A stretch of DNA of 64,000 nt from Eledone cirrhosa. Its lineage: Eukaryota. The number at the start of each line of letters is the position of its first letter. The stretch's first letter is position 1. Where the stretch lies: contig OZ024746.1 in NCBI GenBank assembly GCA_964016885.1, positions 41,230,001 through 41,294,000 of the forward strand, given 5' to 3'. Made by a program: the position numbers and the translations under genes. The notes under the pieces are model-generated. The model did not search any database, had not been told where the DNA came from, and saw nothing but the letters and a program-made list of their open reading frames with translations. Below, piece after piece: positions 41,001-55,470 of this stretch.

Positions 41001-41548
41001 CAGCAATAATTATATAGTCACTGTCGGTTATTTGGGAGGTAGTGAGCATCAGTGCCTCATAGAATCTGTCTTTTATAGCGCCAGGCAGTCCGGATTGGGG
41101 CGCGTATGCAGATATTACTGTCACAGTAGTTCTATTTAGAACAAGTCTTATTTTAATTATTCTGCCATTCACTCTATTTACATCTATTATCTTATCCACC
41201 CATTTTTCTGCTAACATGATTCCTACCCCACCTATCCCATTGTCATTTCCCACCCAGAAAAGCTTATAGCAACGTTTTTTACCCACAATGAATCTAGCCG
41301 ACCCGCCCCTCCACCTGGTCTCTTGGATACAGCAAACATCAACCTCCTTACGTTCAAGCATTTCTACAACCTCGTTAGAGCGGCCTTTTAAGGTGCCTAC
41401 ATTCATGGTACCAACTCTGAAGTTTTGGATTGTGTTTGGAGGATGGGGTGCAGGGAGGAGTGAGGGGGATGGGGTTGGGGTTATGTTGGCCATCCGCGGC
41501 CGAAACAAAGAGGAGGGGGCCTTGCCCTTTCGTCCGGCAACATGAGGT
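38040..41548 (-). pseudogene. Disrupted full-length RTE LINE (paralogue of 29159-32278)
   Basis: APE ORF 40378-41598, RT ORF 39049-40368 and C-terminal ORF 38429-38986 are colinear with the intact copy, separated by stop/frameshifts. Confidence 0.93.
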
Positions 41549-41549
41549 A

Positions 41550-41581
<32 letters not shown>

Positions 41582-41596
41582 CATATATATATATAC

Positions 41597-41627
<31 letters not shown>

Positions 41628-42513
41628 CGAGGTAGGTCAGAAAAGTTCTAGGACTGATGTCACAAAAGATTTATTTCAAACCTAAACTTCACAATTAGGA
41701 GTTTTCTCCTTCAAAGTAATCCCCCTGAAGTCTAATGCACTTTTCCATCCTTTTCTGCCACGCTTGCATGCACTCCTGGAAGGATTCTTCCGGGATCCTC
41801 CACAATTCCGTCATCACGGCCTTTTTGATGCCGTCCACATCTTCAAAACGGGTCCTCTCCGGGTCGTACTCAAAGATCACCGGTGATGACTGTCCCTAGC
41901 AAGTCTAGTTCTGTTTCAAGACGCTCGAGGATGTCCTGGCACATTTGCATGCATCAACCCTTCTGGTCATCGTTCAGCAGTTTTGACACCATCTTCGCGC
42001 AGACTTTCCGCATATCCAAATCTTCAGTGAGAATCTTCCAGACGCTGTCCCGATTCATGCCCAGCTCATTTGCCATCAGTCGAACAGTCAGCCGACGATC
42101 GCTACGCACCATCTGCCTGACGCGCTCAACGTTGACCTCAGTCCTGGTTGTTGAGGGCCTTCCGCTCCTGGGGTCATCTTCCACGTCCTCATGTCCTTCT
42201 TTAAACCTCTTGCACTACTCAAAAACATGTGAGCATGATAGCGTCTCATCGCCATACACTTGCTGCAGCAATCCCAGTGCTTCTGACAGAGTTTTCAAGT
42301 TTGTTCGTTGCTCTGTGCTCATTGCTTGACGACCTGAAACAGAAGACATGTATATAGAATTATGAAGAAAAAAGTTTAATCGCTGCAGAGAGCTAAGATT
42401 ACAGTTACATACTCCAGGGGGATTACGTTGAAGGAGAAAACACTTAGTGTGAAGTTTGGGTTTGAAATAAATCTTTTGTGACATCAGTCCTGGAACTTTT
42501 CTGACACACCTCG
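41628..42513 (-). mobile_element. mariner transposon, internally deleted
   Basis: ~65-bp TIRs CGAGGT...AAACTTCAC; TA flanks; EDDPRSGRPST, KVCAKMV and KCIRLQGDYFE motifs; catalytic middle missing. Confidence 0.92.
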
Positions 42514-42540
<27 letters not shown>

Positions 42541-42545
<5 letters not shown>

Positions 42546-42619
42546 TGTAACATAAATTCCCGCCGTTGTTATAATTTGTTTGTTTTCACTCTACGGCGAG
42601 AATTTATGTTACAACCTAA
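42541..42619. mobile_element. Very small mariner-type MITE (two ~25-bp TIRs plus spacer)
   Basis: ggttgtaacataaattcccgccgt / acggcgagaatttatgttacaacc within (TA)n. Confidence 0.8.
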
Positions 42620-42710
42620 TATATATATATATATATATATATATTATGAAGAGAGAAGAAACATTAGATATAATTAGTAATAAGATATATCATACCCAAC
42701 TGCTTCTTTA

Positions 42711-42820
42711 GTCCCCGACTACGTAGTTTCGTGGCATATTATGCAAAAACACTACATCACAGAGATATAGAATTTTTGTGAGGTCTGCCGACTTATCAAG
42801 AGGATACCTCATTAAGGGTT
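42711..42820 (-). ncRNA. Decayed hammerhead motif with long stem II
   Basis: ccc-TTAATGA-ggtat...atgcc-ac-GAAA-CTACGTAG-TC-gggg; perfect palindrome ACTACGTAGT in stem III; two core substitutions. Confidence 0.5.
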
Positions 42821-42825
42821 TCAAA

Positions 42826-42901
<76 letters not shown>

Positions 42902-43904
42902 TATAGAGAGAGAAATAAAAAAAATACAATAACAACAATAACAGCATTAACAACAATAACAGCATTAACAACAATAACAACTGAAAAATAAAAATAATAC
43001 TCAATTCAGAAAAAAAACAAACGAAAAAAATTGGTATATATAAATTGCACAGATGTCAACTTGTCCTAGAGGCATACACACACATACATACACACTCACA
43101 CACACACAGAAATGAGCATGTACACACACATACATGTACATACACACATATATTTACATATATACGTCTATTAATACATACATATGTTCATACATACGCA
43201 CATCCATACATACATAGATACATCCATCCATCAGTCCAATCATCTATACATACATATATACCTACATACGTATATACATATGTATATACATATATATACA
43301 TACATACATATATATAGATACATACGTATATACATACGTGTATACATACACATATACATACATTTGTAATACTATTTGTTGAGTATCTAAATGTCACATG
43401 TCAAATATCCTATTACACCATCGGATGATATGAATGTTTTAATTACACCATCTCGATATCTATGTTTATAATAAGACTTTCTGGGCTTCTTTTAATAAAT
43501 ATATTTCTTTATCAACTTATTATATTTATTTATATTTGTAACATTTATTTCGTTCGTTACTGCTGTCGTTAATGGACTTTTCAAAAATTATATCTGTATT
43601 TTTGAATTTTTTCGATCCTCATCAACACAATTTTATGGCTATTATCCTTGCATGCATTAGTTAGATTAGTTGTCATGTTCAGAGGCTAGATAGGGCAGAT
43701 GACTGCATCATGCTCATATGTTCTATTCTGGAATGGTTTCTACAGCTGTGTGCCCTTCCTAACACCAACCACTTCACAGTATGAAATTGTCCCTAACAGC
43801 TGACAAGGTGGACTGGGTGTTTTTTACCATGAGACCACCACTACTACTTCATTGAGTGAACTGAGTGCATTTTATTGTGGGACCAGCACTATCACTTTGA
43901 GTGG

Positions 43905-46087
43905 AGTGTATTTTATCATGGCACCAGCACTATCACTTTACAGTATGAGCTGAGTACATTTTATCATGGCACCAGTGCTACCACTTTACAGTATGAGCTG
44001 AGTACATTTTATCATGGCACCAGTGCTACCACTTTACAGTATGAGCTGAGTACATTTTATCATGGCACCAGTGCTACCACTTTACAGTATGAGTTGAGTG
44101 TATTTTATCATGGCACCAGTGCTACCACTTTACAGTATGAGCTGAGTACATTTTATCATGGCACCAGTGCTACCACTTTACAGTATGAGCTGAGTACATT
44201 TTATCATGGCACCAGTGCTACCACTTTATAGTATGAGCTGAGTACATTTTATCATGGCACCAGTGCTACCACTTTACAGTATGAGTTGAGTGTATTTTAT
44301 CATGGCACCAGTGCTACCACTTTACAGTATGAGCTGAGTACATTTTATCATGGCACCAGTGCTACCACTTTACAGTATGAGCTGAGTACATTTTATCATG
44401 GCACCAGTGCTACCACTTTACAGTATGAGCTGAGTACATTTTATCATGGCACCAGTGCTACCACTTTACAGTATGAGTTGAGTGTATTTTATCATGGCAC
44501 CAGTGCTACCACTTTACAGTATGAGTTGAGTGTATTTTATCATGGCACCAGTGCTACCACTTTACAGTATGAGCTGAGTACATTTTATCATGACACCAGT
44601 GCTACCACTTTACAGTATGAGCTGAGTACATTTTATCATGGCACCAGTGCTACCACTTTACAGTATGAGCTGAGTACATTTTATCATGGCACCAGTGCTA
44701 CCACTTTACAGTATGAGTTGAGTGTATTTTATCATGGCACCAGTGCTACCACTTTACAGTATGAGCTGAGTACATTTTATCATGGCACCAGTGCTACCAC
44801 TTTACAGTATGAGCTGAGTACATTTTATCATGGCACCAGTGCTACCACTTTACAATGTGAGTTGAGTGCATTTTATCATGGCACCAGTGCTACCACTTTA
44901 CAGTATGAGTTGAGTGTATTTTATCATGGCACCAGTGCTACCACTTTACAGTATGAGCTGAGTACATTTTATCATGGCACCAGTGCTACCACTTTACAGT
45001 ATGAGTTGAGTGTATTTTATCATGGCACCAGTGCTATCACTTTACAGTATGAGCTGAGTACATTTTATCATGGCACCAGTGCTACCACTTTACAATGTGA
45101 GTTGAGTGCATTTTATCATGGCACCAGTGCTACCACTTTACAGTATGAGCTGAGTATATTTTATCATGGCACCAGTGCTACCACTTTACAATGTGAGTTG
45201 AGTGCATTTTATCATGGCACCAGTGCTACCACTTTACAGTATGAGCTGAGTACATTTTATCATGGCACCAGTGCTACCACTTTACAGTATGAGCTGAGTA
45301 CATTTTATCATGGCACCAGTGCTACCACTTTACAGTATGAGCTGAGTACATTTTATCATGGCACCAGTGCTATCACTTTACAGTATGAGCTGAGTACATT
45401 TTATCATGGCACCAGTGCTATCACTTTACAGTATGAGCTGAGTACATTTTATCATGGCACCAGTGCTATCACTTTACAGTATGAGCTGAGTACATTTTAT
45501 CATGGCACCAGTGCTACCACTTTACAATGTGAGTTGAGTGCATTTTATCATGGCACCAGTGCTATCACTTTACAGTATGAGCTGAGTACATTTTATCATG
45601 GCACCAGTGCTACCACTTTACAGTATGAGCTGAGTACATTTTATCATGGCACCAGTGCTATCACTTTACAGTATGAGCTGAGTACATTTTATCATGGCAC
45701 CAGTGCTACCACTTTACAATGTGAGTTGAGTGCATTTTATCATGGCACCAGTGCTACCACTTTACAGTATGAGCTGAGTACATTTTATCATGGCACCAGT
45801 GCTACCACTTTACAGTATGAGTTGAGTGTATTTTATCATGGCACCAGTGCTATCACTTTACAGTATGAGCTGAGTACATTTTATCATGGCCCCAGTGCTA
45901 CCACTTTACAATGTGAGTTGAGTGCATTTTATCATGGCACCAGTGCTACCACTTTACAGTATGAGTTGAGTGTATTTTATCATGGCACCAGTGCTACCAC
46001 TTTACAGTATGAGTTGAGTGTATTTTATCATGGCATCAATGCTATCACTTTACAGTGTGAGTTGAGTGCATTTTATCATGGCACCAA
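43905..46087. repeat. 48-bp minisatellite, about 45 highly homogeneous copies
   Basis: Unit cattttatcatggcaccagtgctaccactttacagtatgagctgagta; 16-aa periodicity in ORF 44286-46313. Confidence 0.97.
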
Positions 46088-46512
46088 TTGTCTTCAGCTA
46101 GGGTGGGATCGCAGTGATAGGAGTGGGGAGGATGGAAGTGAGTGGGGTGTAGGCTACATGCTGCTTGCTGAGGAAGTGGTGACCCCTGAAAGAGTGTTGT
46201 CTGATATGAGTGGAGGAGAGCGAACCTTGGGTATTCTTCTTCTTCTTCTTCTTCTTCTTCTTCTTCTTCTTTATTCTAATCTAATAATAACTTTCTATCT
46301 CTTCTTGTGCTGAGGAAAAACAGGAAACCCCTTATCTTTATGAATAGTTCAGTTTAGAAAAATAAGTCATTAAGCATGTTATTTTATGTCTAAAGGGATA
46401 TATGTATTTATCTCTATATGCATACACATATACATACATATGTAAACATATAATTGTGTATATCTATGAAACTTTATATAATCTATCTATATGTATGTGT
46501 GATGTATGCATG

Positions 46513-46571
<59 letters not shown>

Positions 46572-46695
46572 TCATATATACACATAAGGTAGGCTAGATG
46601 ACTTGATAATACAACTATATAAGGCAGAAAGATATTCAAAACTCGACTGTGATTTTATTATACACACTATCTTATTTATATTATTTAACAATTCT

Positions 46696-47185
46696 GGTGG
46701 ATTGGCAGTATTGATAGAGGGTCTGACGCCATACTTTGCATCATAGAGTTACGGCCCTTTATGATCTGAATTCAAATCCCGCCAAGGCTAACTTTGCCTT
46801 TCATCCTTACGGGGTCGATAAAATAAAGTACCAGTAATACACTGGGATAATTGCTGGCCTTGTGCCAAAAGTAGAAACGATTATTTAACAATTCTGAAGA
46901 ATTCAATACAGAGTAATAATAAGCTACTTCCTTCCTATTTGAAAGAAATGTGTGTAAATCATTATGTATAAATATATATATATATATAATAGTAATATTA
47001 ATTGTTTCTACTTTTGGCACAAGGCCAGCAATTACTCAGTGTATTACTGGTACTTTATTTTATTGACCTGTAAGGATGAAAGGCAAAGTTAACCTCGGCG
47101 GGATTTGAACTCAGAATGGAAAGGGCTGTAACTCTTTGCGTCAAAGCATGGCGTCCGACCCTCTACCGATACTGCCAATCCACTA
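46696..47185. mobile_element. Inverted (tail-to-tail) pair of SINE family A copies
   Basis: 46696-46885 (+) and 46998-47185 (-). Confidence 0.8.
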
Positions 47186-47322
47186 ATAGTAATATTAATG
47201 AGAGTAAATTTTACTCATTTACTAGGTGTTTTTTTTAGCTCAATGCAATGATTGGATCATGCAGAGTTAATATATAGTTACAATTTGTTTACAAACCAAA
47301 GAATTTAAGCATTCAAGGCATC

Positions 47323-47435
47323 TAATTCTTGACAATTGTTTCTTCCCTTGGTGATATGCTACATATTGCAAATCATTTTATTTAACAATGTGCCATTGGT
47401 GAATATAGACCGTGGGTGTCATCAGAGTTTAATTA
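47323..47435 (-). ncRNA. Hammerhead motif, intact core, long stem II, eroded stems
   Basis: CTGATGA-caccc...gggaa-GAAA-CAATTG-TC; perfect palindrome ACAATTGT. Confidence 0.5.
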
Positions 47436-47755
47436 AAATACCAATACAAGTCACTCAAGAAAAAATAGAGCAGATAATATCATCAAAGTATCAATATAAA
47501 GGTTTACACTTAGAAATATAGTTAAAAAAACATTGTAGTCAGAAAAATATAGTGTCAGTTGTATTTACTAGAAACAATCATCCTTACGGGGTCGATAAAA
47601 TAAAGTACCAGTAATGTACTGGGTAATTGCTGGCCTTGTGCCAATAGTAGAAACAATTATTAAGTAAGATATTTAAAATATAAAATAGGTTAAATACATA
47701 AAAACACATACTTCTATGTTCATACACACTCAACATGCACAAACAATACACACGC

Positions 47756-47786
<31 letters not shown>

Positions 47787-50391
47787 TCATCATCATCATC
47801 GTTTAGCATCCACTTTCTGCACTAGAATGGGTTAGACTTGTTGTCTCATTAGAGGCAAGTTGGGTAACGTGACCATGTATCGGTCACACAGGACTGTTTC
47901 TGGCTAGATTTCTGCAGCTGGAGACCGTTCCTAACACCAACCATATTTATAGTGTGTGCTGGGTGCTTTTGCTCATGATTCCTACACGCTGAAGCTCACA
48001 GAGGAGATGACAAAGGACTGTGACAAATGGAGAGATGCTGTGCTGAAGAGGTCTCATTCCACCTTTGTAAGCAAAGAAAAGCGGACGTAAAATGATGATG
48101 ATGATGATGTTAGCATGGAAGATAGACGTTAAACGATGATAATGATGATTTATATATATAAACATGAAGTATAAATTAATAGGATAAAATAAAAAAATTT
48201 TTATTCATAGTCACTGTTATATATATTTTGGTGATAACAGTTATACAGCAGCTATGACTTCATCAGGCAGCTAGAATTTGAACATAAAAAACATAAAAAC
48301 ATAAAAATGAAATAAAGCTTATTTCTGTTGTTTCGATACATTGATATGCTCTAGACTGAATTTTGGTGTTGCTATCTCAAGGCCATCATCATTACCATTT
48401 TACATATGGTTTCCATACTGGCATGGGTTAGATGGGTTGTCACAGTGTGTGACAAGATAGGCTGGAGTATCTCCTCTTGTAGAGTATATTGGAATTATAT
48501 TATTGTGGCAACAACACTACCACATACACACACACACACACACAAACATACACACAAACATACACACAGACACACACACACACACATCCAGACAGACACA
48601 AACATACACACAGATACACATACACACTTTCTGACAGACACACAGACATACACACACACACACACATACGTGCATACACACACCCTGACTGACAGACACA
48701 CACATACAGACACACATGCACAGACACACACAGACACACAGATACAGACAGTAGACACAATAGTATTTGCTCATTTTCTTTCTACTAAATTCTACTCACA
48801 AACTATTTGTTAATTTGTAATTATAGCATAAAATATTTGCCTAAGATGCTGTAGTGGGGTTTGAACATAGTACGTAGTGGGGTTTGAACATAGTACTTAG
48901 TGGCTAAAAAGTAAACTTCTTAACTACATAGATATGCATGCATCTATATGTGTATATGTTATGTAGAGCTGTATATATTTGTGTGGGTGTATATATGGAT
49001 ATTTCTGTAATATGTTATAAACATATGGTTGAAACTGTAAACAAGAGATCTGTTTACATGTAATTCTTATAATATAACATCAAAAAGTGAAGTCTAAACA
49101 TAGGTTTTGTTGTTGTGCATCAATGAGCATGCTTATGTATATGTATGTGTTTGTGCATATGTGTGAGAAGATGCATACACACAAATACGTACATATTTAT
49201 ATATACATGCATACACACTTACTTACACATACTTACACACACACACACACAGACACACACACATATATGAATTTTCATAAAATTGTAGTATTCTCAGCGT
49301 GAAGGGTAGCTGTAAACAACTGAATACTATATGTATAGTAAAACGTTGGGTTAAGATATAACCACATATTGATTGGAGAGCGGGAGAGAAAGGAAGAAAG
49401 AGAGTCTAAAGCATGAGATGAGAAATGAGAGCAGTATATATATAGAGAGAAGATAAGAGGAGAAGAGAAAAGTGGAAATGAGATTGATGGAGCAGAACTT
49501 TTGGAGAATTGTGAAAAAGAATAAATATAATGGAGAAAGGATGGAGAAAGTAAACTAACAAGAAAAATAGAACTTTAGCGTCATACGAATCATCAGTTTC
49601 CTTCTAGACCAACATAGTTTTTTGCGGAATGAAGAAAGTAAACTAACAAGAAAAAAAGAACTTTAGTGACATACGAATCATCAGCTTCCTTCTAGAACAA
49701 CATTATTTCTTGTGGTGAGAGAGAAAGGACTATGCATATAAGTCTAGCCCACGCAATGAAACCTAAATTTCCTTTGTTCTGACGGTGGATACAGCTTGGA
49801 ACCAGTGATGACACAACTCATTTCTAAAGCTGAGGAACATTAAAGTATCTTGCTCAAGGACACAACACATCACCTTGTCCAGGAATCAAACTCACAGCCT
49901 CACAATTGCAAGCCCAATACCCTAACCACTAAGCCATGCGCCTTCATTATGTATGTGTATATATGTATGTATATGTATACATATATAGAGACACACACAC
50001 ATATTTTTATACATGAGCAAGTGGAAAGATGCTGTGCTGAGAAGGACCCATCCAACACAGGTAAGTGTGGAAAAACGATGTAAAAACAATGACGATGATG
50101 ATGATGATGACACATACACATATATATATAAACGGAAAAAATGAAACAAAATTTCATTTCCCACTCTTAGTACGGCTGTTACTTAAATATAAGTATGTAT
50201 ACGTACATACATACATGTATACAGACGTACAGTAGTATGTATATATATATATATACATGCACACATATATATATATGTACGTATGGATTCACCGAACATT
50301 TATTATAATGCTCGGTGTGTTTGTAAACAAGCATCCCGTATTAAGCCGTAGTGTCTAGCAACCATCGTTGCTCATTTGTTCAACACTGACA

Positions 50392-50446
50392 AAGGAACGC
50401 TGTACTAGTTTCAAGCTTATTAGCTATCGTCAGCAACGTATACCTT
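50392..50446 (-). ncRNA. Minimal type I hammerhead ribozyme
   Basis: acgttg-CTGACGA-t-agct-aata-agct-t-GAAA-CTAG-TA-cagcgt; 6-bp stem I plus distal aagg/cctt; palindrome ACTAGT. Confidence 0.8.
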
Positions 50447-50866
50447 CCTGCCAGATGGTTGAACGTCTGAAAGTATATACTTTCCTTATGCATATTAACG
50501 GCTGAACAGCCTAATTTGCATATCGAGTGAGTTAATCGGCCAGGGTACCGAAAACGATAAACACGAAAAATGATATGTATATATATATGTAACAACAACA
50601 ACAACAACAACACAACAAGGTGCATGCCTTAGTGGTTAGAGCATTGGGCTTGGAATCGAAAGGTTGTGCATTCAATTCTCGGACTGGGTGATGTGTTGTT
50701 TCCTTGAGCAAGACACTTTATTTCACGTTGCTCCAGTTTACTCAGCTGTAGAAATGAGCTGATAGGACTGGGGGTCCCTATCATTAAATCACACAAGACA
50801 CCTCCAACGAGATATACCTTGGAGGAGGCCAGCTAAACCTGCATAGGTGTGAGCTGTAACAACAAC

Positions 50867-50940
<74 letters not shown>

Positions 50941-50986
50941 GTTTATACATATATTTATATACATACATACACATATATATATATAC

Positions 50987-51050
<64 letters not shown>

Positions 51051-51083
51051 TACAATAGTCTCTCTTTTTCTCTCCACATATAC

Positions 51084-51162
<79 letters not shown>

Positions 51163-51424
51163 AATAAATATTTATATATATAAATACATATATGAATGTG
51201 TATGTGTGCATACATTCACCCTCCTTTCCACCACATACACATACACACATATCCATGTAGTATACACACATATCCATGTAGTATACACACATATCCATGT
51301 AGTATACACACATATCCATGTAGTATATGATGTATAATGATATGTCAACAATATTTCTTATATACAACTCTACATAATGATGTTTATTTCTACAGTTACA
51401 TCAATAGAGAAATATGTCGCAGCT

Positions 51425-51525
51425 GTTCTCTCTCTCTCTCTACTTACTTTAAATCTCTCTCTTCCTATCTCTCTTTCCCCTCTCTCTCCCTCTTCATCTT
51501 GGTTTCTCACCTCTCTCTTCATGTT

Positions 51526-51567
<42 letters not shown>

Positions 51568-51695
51568 CTTGAATTCTCTCTCTCTCTCTCTACTCTTGAA
51601 TGAATTCTCTCTCTCTTTTCATCTTGCTTTCTCTCTCTCTCTTTCCTCTTGTATTCTCTCTCTCTTTTCATCTTGCTTTCTCTCTCTCTCTCTCA

Positions 51696-51734
<39 letters not shown>

Positions 51735-52050
51735 TCTCTCTCTCCCTCTTCCCGTTGCTCTATCTCTCTCTCTCCTTGCATTCTCTCTCTCATTTAATCT
51801 TACTTTCTCTCTCTCTGTCTCTCTCTCTCTCTCTTTACCCTCGCCCCTCTTTCTACTCTTTCTCTCTCTCTACCCTCGCCCCTCTTTCTACTCTTTCTCT
51901 CTCTCTACCCTCGCCCCTCTTTCTACTCTTTCTCTCTCTTCTCTCTACCCTCGCCCCTCTTTCTACTCTTTATCTCTCTCTACCCTCGCCCCCTCTTTCT
52001 CCTCTTTCTCTCTCCCCTCTCTCTCCCCTGACCCTCTCTTTCCCTCCTCC
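51425..52050. repeat. (CT)n-rich polypyrimidine block including a ~35-bp unit x5
   Basis: taccctcgcccctctttctactctttctctctctc repeats at 51835-52000. Confidence 0.9.
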
Positions 52051-52534
52051 TTTCCACAAATAAATACAAAGACAACTCAGGAGTTTTTATATTTTATTGT
52101 TTTCATGCTTTTATTCTGAACCATTGCATAGAAATAGCTTTATTAATTGTGGTGATAACAGCAACAACACAAAGAACACAAGCAATATGTAACATAAAAT
52201 AATCGTAATCACCACCTCCACCACCACCACCACCACCACCACCACCACCACCACCACCACCACTTCCAGCACCACTAATACTACCACTACAACCATCACC
52301 ACCACCACCACCACCACCACCACCACTTCCAGCACCACTAATACTACCACTGCAACCACCACCACCACCACCACCACCTCCACCATTAATGCTACCACCA
52401 TCAACAATAATATCACCATCACCACTACATACATCCATATATATATATATTATATATATATTATATATGTATATACATGTATATATATATGTATATACAG
52501 TATATACATATATATATACACATATATTATAGAG

Positions 52535-52596
<62 letters not shown>

Positions 52597-52693
52597 TTTG
52601 ATATTTGTGCTGATCACACACCAAGTGCTAAAAGAGAGGGAGAGAGAGAGAGAGAGAGGGGGTGAAAGAGATAGGCAAAGAGGGAGAGAGAGA

Positions 52694-52734
<41 letters not shown>

Positions 52735-53335
52735 AGAGAGAGAGAGAGAGAGAGAGAAAAAAGAGAAAGTGTGAGTAGTGTGAGTGTGTAGGTGAGTGTG
52801 TGTGTGTTAGAGGGAATCATACCCCAAATAAATTGATTATGACACAGTAAATTCATTTTGTTGGTGTGGATCTGACAGTTTTTGATCTAAATTAAATACA
52901 CCCACTTGCAATTTCCATTGAGCTTACATCACCTTGTTTATTGGGAATACCCAATATCAGAAGGAAGCCTCCACATTATTACCTGCAGATCAATGTAAAA
53001 TAAGGTACCATTAATACCAAACTAGTTGGCATTTTCATCAATCCCAACACACCCTTGCCACTGTATCAAGCTTTTCATTTTTATGTGCCCATGTTCATTG
53101 AGTTGAAACAATCTTTCAACTGCTTTCATATATTAAATAAAATAATTATTTTTCTAAAACATGCTGGGGAGTTTCATGTGTAATACTGAATTCTGATAGA
53201 TATTTCAATATGTATGCATGTGTATGTCTCTTTCTCTTTCTGCTCTCGCTCTCATATATAAATGCACATAAATATATTTAAATGTGTGTGTGAGTGTGTG
53301 TGTGTTTATGTGTGTATGTGTAAAGTACATTCATT

Positions 53336-53384
<49 letters not shown>

Positions 53385-53455
53385 GTGTACATGTAACCCA
53401 TGCTAGCGTGGAAAAATTGACGCTAAACGGTGATGATGATGATAATGATGTACAA

Positions 53456-53544
<89 letters not shown>

Positions 53545-53692
53545 TGCATATACATACATATATATATATATACATATATATATATATTACGTATCGAATT
53601 ACACTTAAGGCGTTTAATCACCCTTGCAGGAAGGTTTCCTAGATTAGAGGTGTAGGTTTTCATGTGTGCATGTGTGTGTGTATGCATGTGCA

Positions 53693-53750
<58 letters not shown>

Positions 53751-54320
53751 TGTGTAACACTAGTAAATCGTATTTAACTTCAAAACAAAAGATTATGATT
53801 GTAAACATTCATAGAAAAATGGACATAAAAGTGAATCAAAAGAAAGTATTTTCTAATACAACAGTCATGTTATTTAAATGCACTGTTTCTCCTCTCATAA
53901 ATTAAATCTATAACATACACTTCATGCACTCCTACGCAGATGGGACAAATATGCATTTCCCTTTGATGTTCTCAATAACAGAATACATTCACATACAAAA
54001 CACAGCACCTTCTACCATGTTTCTACATCTGCCTTGAGCAGAGATCTGAAGAACACTCCAATCCTGACATTATAACCTATATTTATTAGACATTAGGTAA
54101 ATACAAACACACTGTATATAAAGTATCGGTAGAGAGGGTCGGACAACATGCTTTGTAGCACAGAGTTACGCCCCTTTCTGATCTGAGTTCAAATCCTGCC
54201 GAGGTTAACTTTGCCTTTCATCCTTTACGGGGTCGATAAAATAAAGTACCAGTAATGCACTGGGTAATTGCTGGTCTTGTGCCAAAAGTAGAAACAATTA
54301 TGTTGAACACAGTTGTGTGC

Positions 54321-54351
<31 letters not shown>

Positions 54352-54750
54352 TTCAATTTAAACGTCCGTATAGAGCTAGTAAGCTATGGCAGACTAGGAG
54401 AAGTATCGAATACTCCTTACAGTTGGTAATCAAAAAGAGCTAGTGAGACAAGTAAAAAAAACAAAAACAAAAAAAACAACTAAAGACTAATATTAAAAAA
54501 AAGGGGGGAAAATAAAATAACATAAATAAAATTTCAAATATTGAAGGCCAATGAGAAGCAAATTATGCCTACAAAAAAGAAAAGAGGAAACAAGAGAAGC
54601 TGTAAAACAGAAGTTTCTGTTATTGAATCTTTTTATTTACTTCCACAAGCATGTAGCTCTGGGTTTGATTCCCTTGTGTGACACATCGGTTTGGTTTCTT
54701 CTGACATAGCCTCAGGTAATCTATGTTTTGTGAGAATAATTTTCTTCTTG

Positions 54751-54978
54751 TTAACCCTTTAGCATTCAAACCGGCCGTATCCGGCCAGAAATGTCTCACC
54801 TCTTTCTGTTTAAATCAGCTGTAACTGGCCACTCATACTGATGTTAAGGTATTGTTCTCAAGATAGATAACATCAAAATCTCATAGATTCGATATTATAT
54901 GAGGTAATTATGTAAGATAAAGTGTTTACTACCAAAATACAATAACAAATATATAGTAATGTGATGCTAAAGAGTTAA
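54751..54978. mobile_element. piggyBac-like MITE family P1 (opposite orientation)
   Basis: TTAACCCTTTAGCATT...GCTAAAGAGTTAA. Confidence 0.8.
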
Positions 54979-55113
54979 ACGCTTTCCCCAGGCTGAGTGC
55001 TGGTAGTGGTGCCACCTACAGTAATTAATAAATATTACTAAATAACCTCCCATGCACACACACATATATACATACATATATACATACATATATATATATA
55101 TACATATATATAT

Positions 55114-55147
<34 letters not shown>

Positions 55148-55470
55148 GGAGGCACATGGCTTAGTGGTTAGAGCATTGGCCTTGCAATTGAAAGGTTGCG
55201 AGTTCAATTCTCAGACCGGGTGATGTGTTGTTTCCTTGAGCAAGACACTTTATTTCACATTGCTCCAGTGTACTCAGCTGTAGAAATGAGATGATAGGAC
55301 AGCGGTCCCTATCATTCCACTGCAAAGTGGACGTGTAGGCGCCACAGAAAAAAAGCACCCAGCACTCATTGTAAATGAGGTTGGTGTTAGGAAGGGCATC
55401 CAGCTGTAGAATCAGTTCCCGTCCCACCCCTGCAAGCAGGGAAAAGCAGATGTAAAATGAAATGAATGAT
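55148..55470 (+). mobile_element. SINE family C, full length
   Basis: Near-identical to 27699-28035; inserted in (TA)n. Confidence 0.85.

Noticed and set aside
41478-41548. HDV-like ribozyme at the RTE 5' end
   Set aside because: Forms a plain hairpin; nested double pseudoknot could not be assigned
43535-43632. Hammerhead-like UUGAUGA...GAAA (also 48204-48270, 60368-60420, 5860-5930)
   Set aside because: Too many core or stem defects to support; may be old relics
43905-46087. CRISPR array
   Set aside because: Head-to-tail units with no unique spacers; eukaryotic context; no cas genes
49560-49700. Tandem hammerheads in an 88-bp duplication
   Set aside because: Both copies have CUGAUGA on minus but UAAA instead of GAAA and weak stems
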